The notes beneath the pieces were generated by a model. The model ran no database searches. It was not told the origin of the DNA and was given only the letters and a program-made list of their open reading frames with translations. A stretch of 55,131 nucleotides of DNA from Fonticula alba ATCC 38817 (Eukaryota > Protista > Nucleariida), in NCBI GenBank assembly GCA_000388065.2, contig KB932213.1; one strand, written 5' to 3'. Each line of letters starts with the position of its first letter. Position 1 is the stretch's first letter. A program made the position numbers and the translations under genes. Below, one piece after another: positions 46,724 through 54,124 of the stretch.

Positions 46724-49275
46724 ACGCAGGGTGGCCAGCATGTGGAGGAAGGGCAGGGGGTCGACCTGGTCGAAGTTGCACTCGGAGATGAGGTTGTGGG
46801 CGATGGTCCAGAGCAAGCTGTTGAAGGAGGCGAAGCGGTAGCCGAAGATGGGCCCGAAGGCGGTCTCGCGGGTCACCTGCGCATGGCGGAGGAAGATCCC
46901 AGCCGAAAGGGTGTTCTCCACCTCCAAGTGCGTGCGTATGAGGGGCAGGACCGTCGTGAAGAGGGAGAGCATGCGCCGGGTGAAGGGGGTTATGGAGGAG
47001 ACCAGGGAGGTGAAGAGAATGTGAATGTGGTTGAGGGTCTTCTCGAAGTAGTTCCGGTAAACAGGCTCCGCTGGGGATGGGGCAGGCATCGGTGTGAGCG
47101 GGGCAAGAGGGGCGGGGCTTGGGATCGGGAGGGGTGGTCTGCCGGCGGATGGCGGCGTACCGGCAAGCGGGGCCAGGCGCTCGACTGCCTCGAGGAAGAG
47201 CAGGAAGGTCTCCTCGCTGAAGTAGTCGTAGGGTGGCAGGAGAATGGTCAGGTCGAAGAGGTCGTGCACTTCGTCGCCCGGGTCGTAGCCGATTTTGACG
47301 GCCAGGTTCAGGCAGCTGATCACCGAATTGTAGGCGTCCTTGTTGAAGGGGGAATTGGGGCGGACTGGGGGGGGGAGCGGATGGTCGTGCGGGTCAGAGA
47401 AAGGCCGATGCGCAGGGGGCAGAGAGGATGAGGGGGCCGGGGGGAGGTGGCGGCTGCGCACACAGAAGCGGCTTGAGGTTGCCGATGATGCGGATGATCC
47501 TGCTGAGCAGGGGCTTGATGTAGGGCTTGCTGTCGACTATTTGGGACGGAGGGGGGGGGGGGAGGTGAGCGGCGCACATGCTGCTGGTCTCGAAGGGCGA
47601 GGAAGAGGAGGAAGGGCAAATGCAGCGGCCGAGGCGACGAACCGGGATCGAGCGAGGCATTGGTGAGGATGGTATCCATGGCGCCGATGACGGAGACGAG
47701 CTTTTGGAAGCGCGGGGCGCGCTCTAGCAGCCGGATGAACGTCCGCAGGATGGGGGTCCGGTAGGCCCTGAGAGAGTCTGGCGCGCGAGCAAGGAACGTC
47801 CGGCATCGGCATGCATGCGCGCGTCAGTGGCTGCGGGTGGGGTTGTGTGCGTGCGGTCCTTCTCCCGGTGTCGAGGCCATGTCTCCACCAGAGGGGGGGG
47901 GGCGGAGTGTGTGTGTGTGTGTGTGTGTGTGTGCGAACCTTCGATCGACAAAAGAAGGACAAAGTCGAGGCAGCGGAGGCAGATCGGCGAGAAGGAGGAG
48001 CCAGACCTGTCGATGATGGCGCAGGCCTTGTCGACGACCGCGGTGCGAAGGAAGTAGCCGCGGAGGGCAACTGCCGGTTATGGCGCCATTCGGAGGGTGG
48101 GGGACAGGGCCCGAGGGGAAGGCAAGTGCCGGGTTAGCATGGGCGCCGCGGCGGGGGTGCAGGGATGGGGGTGGGGGAGGAGGAAAAGAAGGACAGCAAG
48201 CCGGGGACCCGGGCCGCGGAGGGAGCGCACAGGAGGAGGCAGCCAGCCGCACGAGCGGATACAAGGCCAGGCGGAGGGAGGTGGGATCATCATAACGCAG
48301 GAAGGCGTAGCATGCCGTGTCGACGGCCCCATGGGCCAGGTAGCGGGATGTGCGGTAGTCTGCACGCCAGGGGCAAGTGGGCAGGAGGATGGGTGAGTGG
48401 GGGCGGGGGGGGGNNNNNNNNNNNNNNNNNNNNNNNNNNNNNNNNNNNNNNNNNNNGGGGGGGCGGACCCTGAAGAAAGACCGATGCGAGGGCGATCAGG
48501 CCGGCGTGGCGTTTGGTGGGGTCTTCGCTCTCGGCCATGAGGAGGATGTGCTCGATGACCTCATCTGGCGCGCACACACACACATGCACACACGCGCGCG
48601 TACGTGCGGGGGGGGGGGGGAGGGCGAGAGAGAGGGGGAGAGAGTCAGTGGCGGAAGCACGGGCTCGGGGCGAAAGAAAGCAAGCGGAGAGGGGCTCGCA
48701 CCGGAGGAGACCCGCTGAATCAGGAGGTCCGCCGCGCTGTGCAGCAGGCGGGGGAGGAGGGAGCATCCAGGGGAGCGGTGAGATGGGGACCAAGGAGGGA
48801 GGGAGGGAGGGAGCGAGCGAAGCAGGGGGCCCGGCCCGATGGACGTACGGATGGGCCAGGAGTGTATTGGCCGAGAGGGCGATGGATGCCAGATCGTTGA
48901 GAGAGACTGAGGCCCGATCGGGGAGGGGGTAGTGTGTGAGGAGCGCGGCACCGGGGCCAGGGGGGGGGGGGGTGATGCCGGCGGCAGGAGCGACGGCATG
49001 CGCCGGGCGTACCCTCATTGGCAAAGGCATGGAAGGCGGAGCTGGACTCGAGGAGCTGTCTCTCGGCTGTCGAGTGGAAGTAGCGGCGGTCTAGCAGCAG
49101 GGACGTCGTGTCGAGCGTATTCAGGTTCAGCTCCGCCGGATCGTAGAGAAGGTGCCGTTCCGCGATCGCGAAGATACGGCCGCTGCTGAGGAAGATGCCC
49201 AGACAGGCGGCCACCAGGGAGGCGGCCGCGACATCCGAGCGGTCCAACATCCGGAGGAGGCGGGGGCGGGGCGAG
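43035..49275 (-). CDS. Large uncharacterised protein (at least about 1450 aa) with ARM/HEAT-like helical repeats and a C-terminal SPRY-like domain; at least 17 exons, 5' end in gap
   Basis: Exons 49275-49013, 48906-48849, 48736-48702, 48564-48469, 48359-48231, 48070-47939, 47777-47643, 47536-47462, 47364-47161, 47070-46726, 46620-46483, 46409-46047, 45932-45585, 45446-45336, 45207-45040, 44913-43226, 43097-43035; every junction GT..AG and in frame. ARM-like segments (RYLAHGAVDTAC..LRLALYPLVRLA). SPRY-like strands FSVRL..LTIGWL, VDLRTRSLSFTVNDHHIGVVY, FFVPMIV. Gene existence is well supported; domain calls are tentative. Confidence 0.72.
46674..46714 (+). repeat. (TG)n microsatellite, intronic
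   Basis: About 20 GT units. Similar (TG)n/(CA)n/(AG)n tracts occur at about 3924, 22400, 47907 and 52849. Confidence 0.9.
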
Positions 49276-50052
49276 NNNNNNNNNNNNNNNNNNNNNNNNN
49301 NNNNNNNNNNNNNNNNNNNNNNNNNNNNNNNNNNNNNNNNNNNNNNNNNNNNNNNNNNNNNNNNNNNNNNNNNNNNNNNNNNNNNNNNNNNNNNNNNNNN
49401 NNNNNNNNNNNNNNNNNNNNNNNNNNNNNNNNNNNNNNNNNNNNNNNNNNNNNNNNNNNNNNNNNNNNNNNNNNNNNNNNNNNNNNNNNNNNNNNNNNNN
49501 NNNNNNNNNNNNNNNNNNNNNNNNNNNNNNNNNNNNNNNNNNNNNNNNNNNNNNNNNNNNNNNNNNNNNNNNNNNNNNNNNNNNNNNNNNNNNNNNNNNN
49601 NNNNNNNNNNNNNNNNNNNNNNNNNNNNNNNCCCCCCCCCCCCTCGACAGGGGGTCTTTGTTGTGTGATTCGCCGCTGTGGGCAACGCGCGCGCGCACCA
49701 GGGACACGCACGCTGGTGTGCGCGTAAGCCAGAGGGGGAGGTCCGGCCCAGGCGTGGAACTCTCGGGATCTGCCAACGGATCGGGTGCTGGGAGCGGGGG
49801 ACTCCCCGTCCGCCTGGGCTGCCCCAAGGGGGGAGAGGGGGGTGGGCGCCGCCGCCGGGGCACGTCCTGTTGGTTGTGGTGGGTGGGCTTCGGGCCGGCG
49901 TCCTGGAGGCGGGCGCGGGTGTGGCCGGCGGTTTTTAGGTGGGATGCCCGGCTGGCTGCTGCCCCCTCCCCCCCCCGCGCCCAGCAGTATGCGCAATGCG
50001 CGTGCCTTCTCGGGCCCTGTCTCCCGGGTGCGCGGGGAATCAAAAAGAAATG

Positions 50053-50126
50053 TGACCACGATGCGGCTCGAACACACAACCTCCTGATCCGTAGTCAGGT
50101 GCTCTATCCAATTGAGCTACGCGGCC
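50053..50126 (-). tRNA. tRNA-Arg(ACG)
   Basis: GGCCGCG/CGTGGTC acceptor, CCTGA-CT-ACG-GA-TCAGG anticodon arm, GTTCGAGC T-loop, T5 terminator. Confidence 0.95.
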
Positions 50127-50232
50127 TTGAGACGAGGGGTGTGAATGTGGCATTTGTGCGACCGCTGATTTGGGCCGCGCGCCAAAATCGAGGTGCTTCA
50201 ATATGCGTCCCGGGGCCGGACCCGTCAGTACG

Positions 50233-50304
50233 GTGGATATCGTATAGTGGTTAGTATAAGTGGTTGTGGCCCACTCGGCCCCAGTTCGATTCTGGGTATC
50301 CACA
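50233..50304 (+). tRNA. tRNA-His(GTG)
   Basis: GTGGATA/TATCCAC acceptor, A73, AGTGG-TT-GTG-GC-CCACT anticodon arm, GTTCGATTC, T6 terminator at 50311. Confidence 0.94.
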
Positions 50305-50693
50305 CATTTATTTTTTACACCCGCCGGGGGCAGGGCAGGCCCCAGGCAAGATGGTGTAAAAAATGTACACCCGCCGGGGGGGGGGGGGAGGGGCATCGAG
50401 CAGCCTGCAGCGCAGTGTTGTGTGGACACTCTGGGGGGAGGGGGGGGACCCTGCGCCGACGGGCTGACATGGACACGGGCGGGGCGTCTGCCGGCCAGGT
50501 GTCGGCGGGGGCTGGGTCTACCGCGTGGCAGGCGGCCGCCCGTGTCCAGTTCAGCCTGTCAACGCCCAGGCGGTGAGCGTGTGTGTGCGGGGGCCGCGGC
50601 TGGCCTTCCGCGCCCCCCCCCGCGCCCCGATCGAGGGAGCGGGCATTAGAGGGATGCACGCCGGGGAAGGCGTGTGCGGGCGCCAAAAAGGAA

Positions 50694-50765
50694 GGGGAAA
50701 TCCGGGAATCGAACCCGGGACCTCTCGCACCCTAAGCGAGAATCATACCACTAGACTAATTTCCC
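50694..50765 (-). tRNA. tRNA-Pro(AGG)
   Basis: GGGAAAT/ATTTCCC acceptor, CTCGC-TT-AGG-GT-GCGAG anticodon arm, GGTTCGATTCC, T5 terminator. Confidence 0.96.
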
Positions 50766-50843
50766 ACTCTGGAGATTCCCCACGCGCAGAGGATACTTAT
50801 TGGCGACTGGTGAGCCCTCGCGCCCCGACGAAAAAGAGAAGAT

Positions 50844-50916
50844 TGCCTCGAACCAGGATTGAACTGGTGACCTTGTGATCTTCAGTCACACGCTCTCCCA
50901 ACTGAGCTATCGAGGC
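50844..50916 (-). tRNA. tRNA-Phe(GAA)
   Basis: GCCTCGA/TCGAGGC acceptor, TGTGA-CT-GAA-GA-TCACA anticodon arm, GTTCAATCC, T5 terminator. Confidence 0.96.
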
Positions 50917-51340
50917 TTGGGGGTTGCCCTCATATCGGGGCATAAATGCGGGACTGTGTCGAGGCGGATGCGCCCGTCCCCTGCCGTCGAGACCTGGAGC
51001 GGGGAGCTCCGCGCGAACGACGTGCAGCGATGTGTCCGGCGTTCGACCTTGGGGAGCAGCGAGAATGTCCCGGGGCACCACAAAGGCGGGAATGCCTCGA
51101 CCCGGCGTTGCAGGACGGGAAATCATGCCGAGGACCATTTCTTGTCATGGCGCACCACGGCCAAGAAGGGCCTCCATGTCCGCCAGGAGGGGGGGGGGCG
51201 AGGATCGTGACTGAACAGCGCTTGGCAATAAAAGAAAGCGCGGAGGAAGCAATCGGGCGGCAGAGTGGCGCCGCCGTGTGGATGGACGCGAGTCCGAGAA
51301 GCAGCTCGATCCCCCCCCTGGCCGGGGAATGTGCCACAGC

Positions 51341-51450
51341 AAAAAGGCCCACGCATTGGCACTTGGGCAACCGACCGAGGCCCACGGTCGGAGTGAAATG
51401 CCCCCGCTCGTGACACAACACGTGATCCCCATTACTGCCAACGCTTGTAT
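51341..51450 (-). ncRNA. Candidate small structured RNA (about 105 nt), unidentified, with partial U1-like motifs
   Basis: Upstream TATATA, 9-bp closing helix GCGTTGGCA/TGCCAATGC, perfect 7-bp hairpin CCGACCG/CGGTCGG, ends at TTTTT. Entirely inferred. Confidence 0.3.
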
Positions 51451-51454
51451 GAAT

Positions 51455-51483
51455 GCCGCAGCCTAGGTATATAAGGCTGCGGC
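51455..51483. promoter_or_regulatory. TATA element (TATATAA) within a perfect 10-bp inverted repeat
   Basis: GCCGCAGCCT-AGGTATATA-AGGCTGCGGC, read directly. Promoter function is inferred. Confidence 0.45.
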
Positions 51484-52455
51484 CCCTGCTCTGTCCACCG
51501 ATGCGCCTGCATCGCTGCCTATTGTATATTCCCTTTGCACCCAGATATACACATTACCGTTCATCCACGCGTTGCCCGATTCCACCCAGGGATCACACCG
51601 CTGCGTTTCACGGAGGCGGGATGTCACGAGGGCTCGTGATCGGGCGAGTGCGCCTGATCAATGTTCTGGTACGGCCCCCGAGGCCCGCCTGAAGGGAATC
51701 CGTTCTGGGCGATTCTCAGTGTGGCCGTGCCCGTGCGACACCCCGGCATGCCAGTCGGGTTAACGCCAAGTTAACTGGCAGCGGCCGTGTTTGCAACAGC
51801 CGTAGCAATAGCCCGCCGGCGTGGATCCGCGCGGGGCCGCCCGCGTGTACCAATCTCCCAGAGGCACTTCGGCTGTGACGGCCTTTGGGCGGTGTTGGGC
51901 ACGGCAGGACCGGCCCCGGACTCCGGGGGCGGCCGTCGTCGGTGTCCCCTGCCGGAGTGGCCCGGGCCGCCTCATGATATCGGCAGATGTCGGTGCCGGC
52001 TCCTGTCCGATCGGGCATCGGCCGAAGCACTACCATCGGCGGGTGCCAGGCCGGAACCAGGGCCCAGATGTGGCGGTGGCGCCGGCCGTCACTCGTGCCG
52101 GGGAAGGTTTCTTGGCCGGGCCTCTTGGCAGGGGAGGCGTTGTGTGGCAAGAGGGGCGCCCGGACCCGGCAATGTCGAGGTCCCAAGCCGGGAACATGGC
52201 GCTGGCGCGGCTGGCCCCTCCGGGCGAGCTCGGTGGCGGACGCCTGCCTGGGGTGGGGGCATGGCGTGCCTGGTGCATGCGATCTGGGAGGCATGGCATC
52301 GGCTGTGCGAGCGCGCGATCCGGGTCGCCACTGGCGCCACGCGGCGAAATGTACCACTGCGCCAGCGTGTGTATGTGTGTGTGCGTGTGTGTCTGTTCTT
52401 TGCGCGAAGGAAAAAGAGGCCCCCGCGCGCCGTCCCCCCGGGAGGCAAAAGGGTA

Positions 52456-52528
52456 TTCCCATACCGGGACTCGAACCCGGGTCTCGTGGGTGAGAGCCAC
52501 GTATCCTAACCACCTAGACTATATGGGA
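52456..52528 (-). tRNA. tRNA-Glu(CTC)
   Basis: TCCCATA/TATGGGA acceptor, CGTGG-CT-CTC-AC-CCACG anticodon arm, GGTTCGAGTCC, T4 downstream. Confidence 0.96.
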
Positions 52529-53547
52529 GATGTGTGTACGTGTGTGCGGCACGTATTTGTGGCACGCGAATTGCGCCCGGCCCTGACTGGCCTCGGAGCA
52601 GCTCCCCTCGCGGCGCGTCGCGCGCTGAGTGGAGGACGGCCCGGAAGAAGTGTGTGTCTTGCCTGAGGGCATTGGTGTCGCTGCTGGCCAGTCGGCAGCG
52701 TGGTCGGTGGCCTATCCGCCGGAGCCGGTGCTTGGCGGGGGGGGGGTCTTTATACGGGGGACGGGGCCTTTGTCGGGGCCCGGCCGGATGTGGGAGCGGT
52801 GCCGCTCGGCCGATACGGCGCGGCCGCTGTGCTCAATACGGCTGCACATGTGTGTGTGTGTGTGTGTGTGGGTGTGTACACTGGCATGCTGGCGAGTGCG
52901 CGTGCCGGGGCAGATCGCGCCCCCCCGGAGGGGGCTGCATCGCCCCCGGTCCAAAGGGGCGGCACGGTCTCGCCTGATGGCGGAGGCCGGCGCAGCTGCG
53001 GGCTGGGAACATACAGACCCAGGCATGCCGGCTGGAGCGAGGCCGAGCGGGCATGCTGCCACAGCGGCGCTCGCGCGGCCGGCAGCCGGCCGAGGGCTTC
53101 TCCCCGGCTGGACACACTGCGGCATGGGCTGGCGAGTCGCCGGGCGCGTGGGCGCGGCAAAGGCATGTGGCGGGGGCGCCACCCGAAGGGGTTCCCCACC
53201 GCCCCCGTACATCGGCCGACTGGGGACGTGTGTGCGTGGGCGCGGTTCAGCCGAGTGTGGGTTTTTTTTTTTTGCGCGCAGCGGGGCCGCGGCGTGCCTT
53301 TGGGGCACATTTGCCACGGCAAGGGCCCTTCCACACGGCGGCCCGGGCATGCAGGCGCCCTTTCGCCGGGCCCCGTGTCCCCGTCGTGGTGAGGGCCATT
53401 CCCCTCGGGCCCTCCGGGGCGAATGGCGCGCGCCGGTCCCTTTGCCTTTTGTCGGGGGGCGCGTCCGCTGCCGGGGCCCGGCGCCGGCCGTCGGCAGCAT
53501 GCGCGCAGGTGTTGAGGGCTTGGGAACGGCCTGGGCAGCAGGTGACC

Positions 53548-53618
53548 GCGTCGATGGTTTAGTGGTAGAATTGCCGCCTGCCACGCGGTAGACCCGGGTT
53601 CGATTCCCGGTCGACGCA
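53548..53618 (+). tRNA. tRNA-Gly(GCC)
   Basis: GCGTCGA/TCGACGC acceptor, CT-GCC-AC loop, CCGGG-TTCGATT-CCCGG T arm. No T-run terminator follows it. Confidence 0.96.
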
Positions 53619-53625
53619 CGCCGCC

Positions 53626-53697
53626 GCTCGTTTAGCTCAGTGGTAGAGCGCCAGTCTAGTAAACTGGAGGTCGGGTGTTCGATCCACCCAATGAGCA
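53626..53697 (+). tRNA. tRNA-Thr(AGT), identical to the copy at 42030-42101
   Basis: 72/72 nt identity with the minus-strand copy; followed by CCA and T7 at 53704-53710. Confidence 0.96.
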
Positions 53698-54050
53698 CCA
53701 TTGTTTTTTTGCTTGTCGCGCGCGAAGGTCCACTGCGGACGCCAAAAGAGGCGTGGCCACACGATTGCGAGGTGCCCTCCCCCCCCCCCCCCCCNNNNNN
53801 NNNNNNNNNNNNNNNNNNNNNNNNNNNNNNNNNNNNNNNNNNNNNNNNNNNNNNNNNNNNNNNNNNNNNNNNNNNNNNNNNNNNNNNNNNNNNNNNNNNN
53901 NNNNNNNNNNNNNNNNNNNNNNNNNNNNNNNNNNNNNNNNNNNNNNNNNCCCCCCCCCCCCCCCGCCGTCGACGGGCGCGCACCCGGAGCCTCCTCTCGC
54001 CGAAGGAGATCTGGGTGGGCGTGGGCCCGGGCGCCCGGCGCCAAAATAGC

Positions 54051-54124
54051 TGGCCCCAGCCAGGATCGAACTGACGACCTTCGCGTTATTAGCACGACGC
54101 TCTAACCAACTGAGCTATGGGGCC
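54051..54124 (-). tRNA. tRNA-Ile(AAT)
   Basis: GGCCCCA/TGGGGCC acceptor, TCGTG-CT-AAT-AA-CGCGA anticodon arm, GTTCGATCC, T4 terminator. Confidence 0.96.

Noticed and set aside
50793-50803. ATACTTATTGG resembling the U1 5' end (ATACTTACCTG)
   Set aside because: Mismatches in the pairing core, no downstream U1 stem-loops or Sm site, and only about 40 nt before tRNA-Phe.
51756-51766. TAACCC on the minus strand as a telomerase RNA template
   Set aside because: Only 6 nt match; a TTAGGG template needs about 1.5 repeats (CTAACCCTAA).
51716-54105. ORFs such as 51716-52513, 52030-52500 and 53637-54095
   Set aside because: They overlap tRNA genes or gaps and are translations of tRNA and GC-rich spacer sequence.
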